Below, one piece after another: positions 27,534 to 40,406 of a DNA stretch of 64,000 nucleotides (within the stretch, counting starts at the first letter, position 1; each line of letters starts with the position of its first letter). The notes beneath the pieces were generated by a model that saw only the letters and a list, made by a program, of their open reading frames with translations, did no database searches and was not told where the DNA came from. The stretch is from Octopus vulgaris (taxonomy: Eukaryota), in the NCBI GenBank assembly GCA_951406725.2, contig OX597815.1, forward strand, positions 180,110,001-180,174,000. Reading direction: 5' to 3'. The position numbers and the translations under genes are program-made.

Positions 27534-28125
27534 TCATTTAACGTCTGCCCACCATGCTAGCATGGGTGGGCCAGTATATATATGTGTGTATGTGAATATA
27601 TATATATATATATACTTATATATTTTTACATATATATAGATATGTGTGTATACACATATATGTATATGTGTATATACATATATGTACTTACATGTATGTA
27701 TATATATATATATGTATTTATACATATAAATATATATATAAATACACCGATACATATAAGTATATATACACATATAGTATATACATATACATACACATAT
27801 ATGTATATATCCAGATATAATATATATATCCAGATATAATATATATATATATATATACACACACATATATATGTATATATCCACATATAATATATATACA
27901 CACACATGTATATATCCACATATATTATACATACACACACATATATATATATACACACACACAAAAATATACACACATTTATACACACACACACATATAT
28001 ATACACACACACACATATATATATATACACACATATATATAGACACACAAACACACACACATATACATATATATGTTTACATATACAAAATATATAAATT
28101 TAAGTCTTATACATATATATGTATA
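27494..28125. repeat. Degenerate (TA)n/(CA)n microsatellite
   Basis: Directly visible. Confidence 0.9.
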
Positions 28126-28335
28126 TAATTGGACATATACAGGTATACATACGTATATATATACAACAGTTATACACACAAACGCACACATAGACAGTCA
28201 GATAGATGTATACGTGTGAATATATATATATCTCTCATACAGGAATAGTTACTCGTAAATATAAGGTGTCTATTGCAATTCAAAAAGTACTCAATACATT
28301 TGACGACAGATTGACATTCCGCACTCCTATATCTT

Positions 28336-28370
<35 letters not shown>

Positions 28371-28553
28371 ATCACTCTCGCTATATCAGTAGATAGACAA
28401 ACGAACCTGCCTTCACATACACAAACACACACGCGCGCGAAAACGCGTGTTCACGCATAATCATGAAACCTGTAATTATTTGGGTGATGCAGAGAGAAAA
28501 ATAAAAGCCAAAACACGAGTATATATATACATGTATGTGTTTGTTTGTCTTTC

Positions 28554-28663
28554 AATAATCGGCAGAAGTCACATAGTGACTCGGGGGCCGGGAGTTTCGA
28601 GTCGTTGGCACAGCACAAAAGTCTCGGCCCTCGAGTCACACTATGCGACTTCTGCCAATTATT
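28554..28663. mobile_element. Short fold-back element carrying the 3' half of an HHR-like motif
   Basis: Arms aataatcggcagaagtcacatagtgactcgggggccg / cggccctcgagtcacactatgcgacttctgccaattatt. Minus strand actc-GAAA-ctc...gag-TC. Confidence 0.45.
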
Positions 28664-28991
28664 AATAAAACACACACATATGTATGTATATATGTAAATA
28701 TATGAAGACAAGTACTTTTGTAGATGTTTTTTATGTATGGACATATTCGTCTAAGTATATACATACATTTATATACACAAATCCATATATTCATATACAC
28801 CTATTTAGATATACGCATGCACTGGTATACACACATACGTAATGGAAATGTAGGTATGTATATATATACAAAGATATCTGTATTAAAGAGAAGAAGGTGA
28901 AGGTAATATTTGAGCGTGTCACCGGACTTATTAATTTTTTTCTTTAATGATATATGGTTATTTAGTAAGGTGTTTCGGGTGTTCTACTTAC

Positions 28992-29055
28992 AGTATGTTT
29001 TAGTCCGCAGTTCCTCGATTTCATCGGGTTTGAGTTTGCTGTTCCTTTTGCCCAT
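28992..29055 (-). CDS. NCS1: Neuronal calcium sensor 1 / frequenin family, first coding exon (64 nt)
   Basis: Minus strand reads ATG GGC AAA AGG AAC AGC AAA CTC AAA CCC GAT GAA ATC GAG GAA CTG CGG ACT AAA ACA TAC T|GTAAGT = MGKRNSKLKPDEIEELRTKTY(F). This matches the NCS-1 N-terminus ([22 protein letters not shown]) with the MGxxxS myristoylation motif and ends at a consensus donor in phase 1. Downstream exons were not found in the window. Exact paralogue assignment needs the rest of the protein. Confidence 0.9.
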
Positions 29056-30089
29056 GTCTCAAGCCATACATCCTCAGAAGGAAAGAAGACTTTTCACATA
29101 AGGCGAGCTTACGTCTATTTTGTTGGACTTTGGTGATGATAGATTGACAGTGGGATGTGAAACAAGAGTGACAGTATTAGAGAGTAAAGACTAACGCTGG
29201 GAGAAGTTGTGCGTAAAAATAGAGAGACAGACAGATGAATAGTGAGGGGAAAGACACAGAGAGAGAGAGAGAGAGCGGGTGAAAGAGTTAGAGGCTCCGT
29301 ATAGAGTGAGAGAAAGAAGAGAGAATAGTGAAAGTAAGAGGGAGATAGAATGAGAGAAAGAGAAAAATAGACGTGTTTGAGGAGGGGGAGGAAGAGGAGG
29401 CGGGGAAAGAGATTGAATATCAGGTGAGGGAGGTAATAACTAAAAGTATTGAAGGTGATGGGTACGCGATCGTGTATACAGAGAGGCTGAGGGTGGGGGA
29501 TAAGTGAGAGAGAGAGAGAGAGAGAGAGGCCGATAGATAGAATGAATGAATGAATGAGTGAAAGAAATATATTTGGAAAGGGAGAGAATGCTTCGAATCA
29601 AATGAAAGAAATTGGGCAACACAATACAGGGAAAGAAAGAGAGAGAGAGAGAGCGTGTGAGTGAGAGAAGGAAAGATAGACGGAGAAGAGAGAAGCCTTA
29701 CGTGAAGAAAAATAAAGAAAGGGTGGAAAATTAAGGAACGTGAAACAAAAATTAGAGTTAGGGAAATTACAGTGAATGGTTATAAGGAAGGGAATGGAGA
29801 GAAGTGTCAATCTGTGAAAGAGAAAAACAAAAAGCGAAAACGAAGCAAAAATAAAAAGTTGGTTGTGATAAAAGACACAAAAAAAAAAACTGTTTAAGTA
29901 AACAAGTGTGAAGATAGGAAGATAGAATTGTAGCCGTACGGCAAAGAAGTCAGAAGGAAAGAACGAAAGCCTATATATATATAATTTTATTTATTAGGGA
30001 ACCATTCTTAAACTATCTCTAAATGAAAATATATATATATATATATAATTTTATTTATTAGGGAACCATTCTTAAACTATCTCTAAATG

Positions 30090-30130
<41 letters not shown>

Positions 30131-30279
30131 ATTTATTAGGGAACCATTCTTAAACTATCTCTAAATGAAAATATATATATAATTTTATTTATTAGGGAAC
30201 CATTCTTAAACTATCTCTAAATGAAAATATATATATAATTTTATTTATTAGGGAACCATTCTTAAACTATCTCTAAATG

Positions 30280-30350
<71 letters not shown>

Positions 30351-31110
30351 ATACAAGAATATGGGAATTTAGGGATAAAATAGTAATAGATAACAAATTA
30401 ATGATGGGAGAAAAAGGTGGATAAGAGGCGTGCGGAGAAATTTTTATTGAGAACTGCGATAGTATTAGAGCGGATATGATACACGACGAAGAATTGCACA
30501 CTGAAAGTTAATGATACCACAATAACTGTTGCTACTGTTTACTTGATGGAAGAACCGAGTGCCATTTCTGTTAATACTGCTATTTCTATTTCTACTGCAT
30601 TATCTGCTACTATAACTCTTGCCGCTACCGCAACTGTAGCGCTGTTTTATTTGCTTTAGTATAACAGTTTCTGAGAAATAAATATAATAAACCCTCTCAC
30701 TCACGCTTGGGGTTTTGTTTTCTATGTATATATATATATAGTTTTTGTGGCGGTTTTTTTTGCAGACCTGTATGCAGTCTGCTAGCAAGTACTGCTCTGA
30801 AATGGTATGAAGAAAAAAATGGTTCAGTAAATTACTAGTAGTGATACTAAACCATATTTAACTAGTAGTAAGATGTAGTAGTACCAACAGTTCGTATCTA
30901 TTTTGCAGAGCAGCCAACCAAGTAGAGCACTTTACACAGTCTCAGACTGGTAGTTCTTGGAGAACGGTTCTCTGTGCGGCAAGCTTTGTGTAACGGGGAG
31001 GGTGCCCGCGTCCGTGTCCGTGTCCGTGTGTGTGTGGCCAGGGTTATACAAACTGATCAGAACTTTGATCGAATGTGATAACAAATATTACCATCATATT
31101 CATTTTTTTT
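29056..31110 (-). promoter_or_regulatory. Probable 5' UTR and promoter region of the NCS-1-like gene (long GA/CT tract plus CpG-retaining patches)
   Basis: Lies immediately upstream of the ATG. Strong purine/pyrimidine asymmetry over 29200-29960. CpG-rich patches near 29460, 30420-30490 and 30960-31050. Free of SINEs. The TSS cannot be located from sequence. Confidence 0.35.
29972..30345. repeat. Composite tandem repeat: five identical ~46-bp units separated by variable (AT)n
   Basis: Unit aattttatttattagggaaccattcttaaactatctctaaatgaaa starts at 29983, 30047, 30125, 30181 and 30237. Confidence 0.95.
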
Positions 31111-32614
31111 TTCCTCTTTGTTCGTTTTGGCTAATATTGCTAAGACCATGCTGGAGTACCAGTTTCATGTTTTGGATTTTTTTTTTGCTTTGTATGTTTT
31201 TATTTATTTATTTATTTATTTATTTCCTTGAAGCTCATTTACAATGGATTCTTATTTATCAATTAAAATACACTGAACAGATATTTACGTTCTATTTCAT
31301 GCTTTCATAACCACCAAAATGACTAGCTCTGATCACTACATTTCACATCACAATAATATCACTACGATATTGTAACAATATACACACATACGTGTGCGGG
31401 TGCGGATGCGCGTGTGCGTGTGCGTTGAAATTTAACACTGGTGAAAATTTTTCAGAAATATTTTTAGAAAAAATTTTCCCCAAATTTTTTCCTTTTTTTT
31501 TTTTCCCCATTTTTATCTGCATTTAGTTTATATATATTTTTAACCAATTTATTTCATTCATTTTTGCGCTTTGGAATTTTAATTAATTTCTAATACAACC
31601 ATACTAATGGAAAAGTATGTGTTATATTGATTTATAATGTGACATTTAAACATGATTCTACTCAAATTATATTCAAATGACAAAATTAGAAAATTTTCTT
31701 GTTCTTTTTTTTTTCTTTAAATTTTGTCGTAACAGGTATTTATTGATAGATGTCAGTTCATTCCATATTTTTGTTTGTTATTCTTAGTTTTTGGACAAGC
31801 TGTAAACATTTCCATAAGTCACTGTTTCCATGTTATGTGTTTTTTGTAAATTTGTGTTCGACAAATGTTTTCTCATTTCACAATATTATAGAAAATGTAC
31901 TTTTGCTTCCTAATCATTATTAAGTTTTACTCAGATTTCTCTGTTCTCAAATATTAAAAGTGTACCAGTGAGAAAATTGATTATTTCAATTTTTGCCAAT
32001 CTCACAAAGAGAGTTGATAATTACAACATAACAACAATCTTCGTTAAACTGTTATTTATTATGTCCATAATCTGAAGGTCAGTTTCCGAATGACCTTCAA
32101 ATTATGTCTGTTGAGAAGAGATTGTTCACAACTAAACCGAAAGGAGAGTGACAGAATTGTGGGTGTCTGTGTATGAGGCTGTGTTCATGCGAAGAAAAGG
32201 GAGAAAGTAAAAAAAAAAGCTTTATGAAGAATCAAAAAGAAAATACCATCAATGAGGATTTATATACAAACATTCAAGAAGCGAGAGGAATTTGTAACCC
32301 ATAAGTTTTGTTTAAGAATAATCAATATCTTGGAGATCTACAGAAAATATAATCGGTAGCATAACATTACAAGTAATGATACATGACCATTTTCAGTGAA
32401 TTTTGGAGAGTTATATAAGGAGGCAATTCCAGATGCAAATAATTAATTTTTAAAAGAAATATTTATTGATTTAAATTTTCTCTGACTATTGCAGATCAGA
32501 GACTCACTGAAACATTGCAGATGACGAAAAACAAAATGATGGAAGTGGGTGTGAGGTTGAAAGAAGAAACAACCTGGATTTTTTTTTCTTTTTTTTTTCT
32601 CCTGTTCTCTAACT

Positions 32615-32880
32615 GGTGATGGTGCCACGTAAAAAAAAGCTCTGGCAATGGTGCCATGTAAAAAAAAAGCACTGTTGATGGTACCACGTAAAAAGCACCC
32701 AGTACACTCTGTAAAGTTGTTGGTATTAGGAAGGGTATCCAGGTGTAGAAACCATGCTAAAATAGACAATGGAACTTGGTGCAGCTCTCCAGCCTTGCCA
32801 GCTCCTGTCAAACCATCCAAAAAAAAAATGCCCACACAGACATTAATTGATGATGATGATGATGATGGTGGTGGCGGTGG
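32615..32880 (+). mobile_element. Family C repeat
   Basis: Family motifs and (GAT)n tail. Confidence 0.7.
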
Positions 32881-32957
32881 TGGTGGTAATGATGATGGAG
32901 ATGTAGAGAAAATGGGTTAATTCTGAATTAGAATATAATTAGTTTTGCTGGTCAAAA

Positions 32958-33206
32958 CTGCCTTGAGTATCCGGACCGATGGGGCAAGTTTACCTGGTTT
33001 CCATAGTGCATAAGTGAATGGGGTCACAACATGTCCCCCTGAACCAGTTGCTGGTCCAGTGCAGGGTTTATTCACATACAGTTGAGTAGTTGACAGGAGC
33101 CATGGAAAGGTTTCGTTCATGAACACAATGCACTGCCCACCGCTGGAATTGAAATTACAATCTTACAATCATGAGTGTAACACTCTAACCACTAGACACG
33201 GGCCTT
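32958..33206 (-). mobile_element. Degenerate tRNA-derived SINE (family I)
   Basis: Minus head gtgtctagtggttagagtgttacactcatgattgtaagattgtaatttcaattcc has decayed A and B boxes. Confidence 0.45.
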
Positions 33207-33634
33207 TGCTTGCTGTCAGATGATTATGAGGTTAACAGCTCTTGGGAGAGCTCCTAAGTTGGACAACTGAATGATAGCAATGTCAGCCTGGTTGGGTTTC
33301 ATACAACTTCAATATAGCCACAATCTTTCATATTTTCAATTCAAATAGAATAAATTTAAGTAGATATCCAAAAGTAATTAGCTGAGAGATGTTGTTTAGC
33401 CTGATTGAACAAATGTTTGGTCAAAAGCATTCCAGCTTTGACCATCCCATTTTATTTTCAGATATAGTTCCTTATTGTACTTCAGACATAATTTATTATT
33501 GGATTGCATTATCCTATATGTCCTTCATTTATTTAAGATGGTAGGGTGTAATTCAAGGGAGATTTGGTTACCGTTTTTAGCAAGTCAACCAGATAGAGGC
33601 TTCCTCTTTGGCTCATGATGGATTTATCTAGATA

Positions 33635-33775
33635 TTCTTTTCTACTCTAGGCACAAGGCCCGAAATTTTTGGGGAGGGTGCCAGTCGATTAGATCAACCC
33701 CAATACGCAACTGGTACTTAATTTATTGACCTCAAAAGGATGAAAGGCAAAGTCGACCATGGTGGAATTTGAGCT
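33635..33775 (-). mobile_element. SINE B, 5'-truncated
   Basis: Family match. Confidence 0.75.
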
Positions 33776-34478
33776 AGATTTATCTAGATACTGCATGCCA
33801 TATACATAAATGCCCAGTTCTGTTTTAGCTATTGAACAAAATGCAGGAATCCAAATATGGAATCGGTGCTTTACGTTTCTTCTTTCATTATTATTTATAT
33901 TTCATGCTTCAACACATTGGTTCATTTTTCCATTGTTTCAATAATGCATGTCTTCCCACAAACAGCAATTGCTAACCCTCACTCAAGACTTTACCATTTC
34001 TGGAAAAAAAAAGACACCATGAGTGCCCCCCACCCCAACCCATGGTATTCACATGACGCAACTGCTTCTGAGAGAGAGAGAGAGGGAGAGAAATCAGCAT
34101 TTGATATTCCCAAACCCTGGAAGGAAGTAATTCAGTCTCAGAGAACCAGATTAAATATTGCGCTAACAATTCTGCCGATTTACCACTGATAACCTCAAGA
34201 GAAAAAAATATCACTTCAGCTCTAGAAAATAAGCTCATGTTTCTTTGCATGGCTTATGTTAAATGAATGCTGAGTTTTTTTACCAGATGTCATAGCATTC
34301 TCTTGGATAACTTAACATTCTGCCAGATATCATGACATATTTAAAGATTTTGGTGTCTTTTTTATTCAACTTTTTGTCGTGAATTGTTGAATAATCATTC
34401 AAAGAAATAAATTTCAAAATGTTTGAGAATTTCGTGATATTTTAGATGGTGTCATGTAAAAAGCATTGCTGCTGCTGC

Positions 34479-34509
<31 letters not shown>

Positions 34510-35072
34510 AAGCAACAAAATGAGTAAGGGCAATTAGGTGATGGTCTAGGTCTTAGGGGCAGGAGACCCCAGACCTTGGAAAAAAAAAGAACTTTGGTTG
34601 TCTTGTTGTAGTCAAGGGCTCTTTGTTGACGCCCAACACCACTGGAAGGTGGACCTCGAAGTCGCTGGAAATGGAGATCTCCAGGTCCAAATTCTTGGAC
34701 TGCTGCTGCTGCTGCCGGTACCATATGAAGTGGTCGGCATTAAGAAGGGAATCCAGCTGTAGAAACCATGCCAAAACAGACAATAGAACCAGATGTAGTT
34801 CCTGGACTTGCCAACCCCTGTCAAACTGCCCAACCCATGCCAGCATGAAAAACAGACATTAAATGATGATGACGAGTTGAGAAGAAACCTGTAGAAAATA
34901 AGATTTACTTTTTAAAATGGTTACCCCTTCCCTAAAACTTCCAAAACATTTTTAAATGGTTTTCCCTTCCCTAAAACTGCAAGCCTTGTGCCAACTTTAA
35001 CAAGATAAAAATTTTCTTTGATCTGTGAGTAAACAGTATGGAATCATTAGTTTTTCATTGGTTGATACAGTA

Positions 35073-35959
35073 TGATAGCTCTCAACCATTTTTGCATATC
35101 GAGCCCTTTGATTCTGATTTTACTCTACAGGACCTTTATTGCCATTCACTATAAAGAAAAAACCCTACTGTATTTTTTTTAATTGAATATTAGTAGGAAT
35201 TGTATAAAAATTGCTAAGATATTTTGTAAGAAGTATAACCAATTTAACCCTTTCGTTACCAACCTGGCTGAAACCACCTCTGGCTCTGAGTACAAGTGTC
35301 TTGTTTTCGTAACTTTTGAATTAAAAACTTCCACCAAACCTTAGTCACAATTATGTCCCTAACACTAGCTTAATGATAACTGAGTTATTTTACTAAATTC
35401 TATGTTATATTTAAAGTAATTGAAACACAGAGCAGGAGTGACTGTTTGGTAAGTAGCTTGCTTACCAGCCACATGGTCTCACGTTCAGTCCCAGTGCGTG
35501 GCACCTTGGGTAAGTGTCTACTACTATAGCCTCAGGCCAACCAAAGCCTTGTGAGTGGATTTGGTAGACGGAAACTGAAAGAAGCCCATTGTATATGTGT
35601 GTGAGTGTGTGTGTGTGTGTGTTTGAGTGTCTGTGTGTGTGTGTTTGAGTGTCTGTGTTTGTCCCCTGCAACATCATTTGACAACTGAAGCTGGTGTGCT
35701 TACATCTGTGTAACTTAGCAGTTCGGCAAAAGTGACTAATAGAATAAGTACTAGGCTTACAAAGAATAAGCTCTGGGGTCGATTTGCTCAACTGAAGGTG
35801 GTGCTCCAGCATGGCCACAGTCAAATGACTGAAACAAGTAAAAGAGTAAAAGCATCACAGAATAAATACAGTAACAAAAGGGTTAATGCAGGTAAATTTT
35901 AGCAACAAAATCTTTCATGGACCCCCAAGGGCCATAAGGACCGGGGTTAAGAACCACTA
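35073..35959 (+). mobile_element. hAT-type MITE containing a nested D1 MITE (35243-35886) that in turn contains a SINE A (35432-35851)
   Basis: Outer TIR remnants ctctcaacc / ggttaagaaccacta with 8-bp TSD atacagta / atatcgta. Inner ttaaccctttcgttac...gtaacaaaagggttaa. The SINE splits the MITE at agca. Confidence 0.75.
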
Positions 35960-36279
35960 ATATCGTATCATAATATGTTATAGCACTACAACAGTTATAG
36001 AAAAGGTTATTGTTATGGGGGTTGTGATAATGGGGGTTAGTGCTGATGCTTGGACCAAGGACAAAGCACATTTCAGATTTATGATCAAAAGCATTCCATC
36101 CATGACCACCCAACTTTCATTTAAGCAGTATGCATCTAATACGATATCATCCAGTTTTATCCAAGAAGTGATACTTGCAACCAATGTTCTCTCTAATATT
36201 TTCCAATGGATGATGTCGTGAGTAGCAGAGTCGCAATCATGCTGGGGAAAATGGTTAGCACCATTTCATCCATCTCCAC

Positions 36280-37216
36280 ATCATCATCATCATCATCATC
36301 GTTTAACGTCTGCTTTCCATGCTAGCATGGGTTGGACGATTTGACTGAGGTCTGGCGAACCAGATGGCTGCACCAGACTCCAATCTGATCTGGCAGAGTT
36401 TCTACAGCTGGATGCCCTTCCTAATGCCAATCACTCCGATAGTGTTCAAATCCCACCGAAGTCGAATTTACCTTTCATCCTTTCAGGGCCAATAAAATAA
36501 TAAACTAAGTACCAGTTGAACACTGGAGGTGAAGCAGGGTTCAATGTAGTTAACATATCCCCATATCCCCTTCCCTAAAACTGCTGGCTTTGTGCTAAAA
36601 TATGGAATTAATATTTTCCAGTGGATGTGCTTGAATTTTGTCTTAAACAAGAACAAGCCATTTTTGTATATTATTTACAATTTTATTATGAAATTATATG
36701 ATTAATTTTTTTCCAATAAAAAAAAATTTCAATTTCTGCTTGAAAGCACATGCACACACTTTTCTCTTTTGTGCACAATTTGCTTGCTGGATGCACGTTA
36801 AAAAGCATCAACCGATCGTGGCCATTGTCAGCCTCCCCTGGCACCTGTGCCGGTGACATGTAAGAAGCACCCACTACACTTACGGAGTGGTTGGCGTTAT
36901 GAAGAGCATCCAGCTGTAGAAACACTGCCAGATCAGACTGGAGCCTGGTCTAGCCTCCTGACTTCCCAGACCCCAGTCGAACCGGCGAACCCATGCTAGC
37001 ATGGAAAACGGATGTTAAACGATGATGATGATGATGATGATGTGCATGTACTCAAACGGAAAGCTTAGAGGAAACATTACCAGTCAACTACTGTTGAGAA
37101 ATATTACCTTTCATCCATTCGGGGTTGAAAAATTAAGTACCAGTTGCATACTGGTGTTGATCTAATTGACTGGCTCCCTGCCCAGAAATTTCGGGCCTTG
37201 TGCCTAGAGTAGAAAT
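36280..37216. mobile_element. Cluster: family C (36280-36442 minus; 36795-37042 plus) and SINE B fragments (36445-36610, 37107-37216 plus)
   Basis: Family matches. Confidence 0.75.
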
Positions 37217-38324
37217 GAAATATTGTTTGCTAGTCAGGTACAGAGGATGTTGCTCAAAAACTACAAAATTTGATGGAAATTCTAGTGACCGTCTTTGTCC
37301 ACCAAATCACATCATACACTGACATCTATATGAATGCAGGTGTGTGTATGCATGTGTATATATGTATATATATGTATGTGTATGTATACATAAGAATGAA
37401 TGTGTGTGTTTCTTTGTGTTTATGTCCCTTTTACTTAGCAGTTCAGCAAAAGAGACTAATAGAATAAGCGCTAGGTGTAAGAAATAAGTGCTGGGGTTGA
37501 TTTGATTTGTACCCCTAAAAACCCTTCAAAGTGGTGCTCCAGCTTGGCCACAATTAAACATCTGAAACGAGTAAAAGAATAAGTAAAAATATAACAGAAA
37601 ATGTTAAATGGCAATGAGGGTCCAGAAGAATAATATAGAAATCAAAGGGATCCATAGGTAAAAAAAAATGGTTGAGAACCACCGATGTAAATATTGGTGC
37701 TTTCAAAATAAAAGTCCCTTGCTGCATTTGTTCTGCACTGAGTTACACAAAGCTTCCTTTGTTATTCTTGTTTTTGAAAACAATGATCCAGTAAATGCAT
37801 GCTGAAAAACTGTCATCAATGCTGATATTTGTTCAACCAGTGGCAGATTAAAACATACACTGGAGACATCAGATTAGTTTATAAGATTTAGTAAGAGAAA
37901 ATCTTCTGTTGAAGAATTCAAAGCTTTTTTTGTTGAGAGAATATTTCGTTCAAATAGGTGCAGCTGATTAGTTGGTGAGAAGCGATGAGTGGAGAAGAAA
38001 TTCCAGAGAAATGAAACTCTAGAAAAGAAGGATTGAGCAAAAGAAAAATTTACTGTATAGATTCTGGAAGCATAATCTGCTATGGCTGTTGAGAGAATTA
38101 GATATGGGTGTAGTTGCTGTTTTGTAGTAAAGATTGCTTTGAGTAATGGAGAAGTTCAGACAAGTTCATTACATGGAAATTTTAAAATCCTACCACATTT
38201 GAGTTATGCCAGCAGATTTTTTTTTTCTACTAATGGTAAGTCATAGTCTTGGTGCATTTGGATTTCAACAGTTATATATTCAGAGTGTGCTAAGAATAAT
38301 TTTGAAATTTTTGACCATTTTTTT

Positions 38325-38962
38325 TGTAGTTTCAGCTCAGAGATGTGGCCATGCTGGACCACCACCGTTTTGCTACACTGTTATTACTGAGATTCTCCTC
38401 TAATATGTGACACTTGGTGAAGAATGGAGTTTGATGTAGCTACCCTCATTTGCACCTCTTGCCATGAGGCAGGTTCATCTGGGACTCTCGACAGGAAGCG
38501 GTCCAGCCTCGATTTAAAAATGCCTACATCTACTTTGTACAGGTTCCTCAGGCTCTTTGGGAGAATATTATAAAGCTGAGGGCCCCTGAAACCCAGGCTG
38601 TTGCAGTAACTGGTCCTGGAGCACGATGGTATTGCTGGGATCTTCAGCACCGTGCAGTGTCGACCTGTTCTGGCATTAGTGTAGCTTTCAATGCCGAAAT
38701 TTGGCACAATTCCTTCCAGGATCTTCCAGATGTATATTACTGCATACCTCTCCCACCTTCACTCCAGGGAGTAGAGTCTTAGCTGTTTCAACCTTTCCCA
38801 GTAGGTGAGATGCTGCAAAGAGACGATCTTCTTTGTGAAGCTTCACTAGATTGCTTCGAGGTCCACTGTTAATTTCACACTGTTGGATGACCATAGCTGG
38901 GAGCAGTAATCCAGGCAGCTGAGGATGAATGTCCTCCAGAGGACCATGGTGGTTTCTTTATC
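38325..38962 (-). mobile_element. CR1-group LINE 3' fragment (decayed ORF2 C-terminus plus 3' tail)
   Basis: Minus strand reads LDYCSQLWS...YWERLKQLRLYSLE*RWERYAVIYIWKILEGIVPNFGIES...GPQLYNILPKSLR...FKSRLDRFLSRVPDEP. This is the typical post-RT region of CR1-group ORF2. Confidence 0.85.
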
Positions 38963-38979
38963 TGATTGTTTATTTTTTA

Positions 38980-39505
38980 TCTTTTACTTTCAGTCATTAG
39001 ACTGTGGCCATACTGGGGTACCACCTTGAAGAATTTTACTCAAATGGATTGACCCAAGTCCTTATTTGTTTTTAAGATTGGCAATTATTCTATTGGTCTC
39101 TTATTCCAAACTGCTACTTGGTAACTAGCTTGCTTCCCAACCACATGGTTCCAGGTTCAGTCCCACTGCATGACATTTTGAGCAAGTGTCTCCTACGATC
39201 GCCTCGGGCCGACCAAAGCCTTGTGAGTGGATTTGCTAGACAGAAACTGAAAGAAACCCATCGCATATATATATATATATACATATTTGTGTGTATGTGT
39301 GTCTGTGTTTGTCCTCCTGCCATCATTTGACAACTGATGCTGGTGTGTTTATGTCCCTGTAACTTAGTGGTTCAGCAAAAGAGATTGATAGGATAAGTAC
39401 AAGACTTACAAAGAATAAGTCTTGGGGTCGATTTCTTCAACTAACACCCTTTAAGGCAGTGTTCCAGCATGGCTGCAGTCAAATGACTGAAACAAGTAAA
39501 AGAAA
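38980..39505. mobile_element. SINE A 3' part (minus, 38980-39115) abutting a near-full SINE A (plus, 39119-39505)
   Basis: Family matches. Confidence 0.8.
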
Positions 39506-39613
39506 ATTTTTCTTAAGTAAATATCATGAGGAATTATATGGCCCCACCCAAGGGCCATATGGACGCTGGTTGAGAACCACTGAATTAGACAAAATAGTTG
39601 AATGCTAAAGGGT

Positions 39614-39841
39614 TTAACTCTTTAACATTTAAACAGGTCATATCCGGCCCAAATGGTCTGCCTGTTTTATGTTCAAACTGGCCAGATCCAGTCTCTCCCA
39701 CCTACCCTACAATGTCATTCTAAAATTAAATGATTACATCTTCAAAATCTTGAAGCTACAAGATAACACGTGATTAATTTTTAAAATATGGATACATAAA
39801 CATTACGTTTAATAAATTAATCTGAATGCTAAAGGGTGTAA
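39614..39841 (-). mobile_element. TTAA piggyBac-like MITE (family D2)
   Basis: Matches 17652-17883. Confidence 0.75.
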
Positions 39842-39911
39842 ATAATGGCAACAATACCAATGCCAACCCCAACACTCATTTTCTGAAACACTCCTCTTAT
39901 TTGCCATACTC

Positions 39912-40200
39912 CACAGCTCTTCAAAATCCTCCTGAAGGACCTGAGTGACCTGCATGGGGTGGATGCAGATGTCTTTAAAATAAAGCTGGACCTCTTCTTG
40001 TCAGGTGTCCCAGATCAACCAACTTCAAGGCAAGAGGTGCAGATGAGGGCAGCTGCATCAAACTCTCTCATGCACCAAATTGTCAATTGCTAAAAAGCAT
40101 TCATGAAGTAAAATCATGTAGCAACATCGAATGGCGGTGCCCCAGCATGGCCACAGCTCGTAAGCTGAAACTAGATGAAATGAAAATGAAAATGAAAAAA
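39912..40200 (+). mobile_element. CR1-group LINE 3' end (same family as 38325-38962)
   Basis: QLFKILLKDLSDLHGVDADVFKIKLDLFLSGVPDQPTSRQEVQMRAAASNSLMHQ, then tail ggcggtgccccagcatggccacagctcgtaagctgaaactag(atgaa)n. Confidence 0.85.
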
Positions 40201-40214
40201 AAAAAATACTATAG

Positions 40215-40375
40215 TGCAGGAGTAGCTGTGTGGTAAGTAGCTTGCTAACCAGCCACATGGTTCCGGGTTCAGTCCCACTGCGTGGCACCTTGGGCAAGTG
40301 TCTTCTGCTATAGCCTCAGGCCGACCAAAGCCTTGTGAGTGGATTTGGTAGATGGAAACTGAAAGAAGCCTATTG

Positions 40376-40406
<31 letters not shown>

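Noticed and set aside
26130-28191. Long YI/CV/HT-rich ORFs (also at 8330-8908, 10415-11223, 20490-20988, 59060-59429 and elsewhere)
   Set aside because: They are translations of microsatellites.
29972-30345. CRISPR-like repeat-spacer appearance
   Set aside because: Spacers are pure (AT)n, the context is eukaryotic and there are no cas genes.
34553-34720. GC-rich segment with several overlapping ORFs
   Set aside because: The ORFs start within a family C repeat and a CTG run; no recognisable protein.
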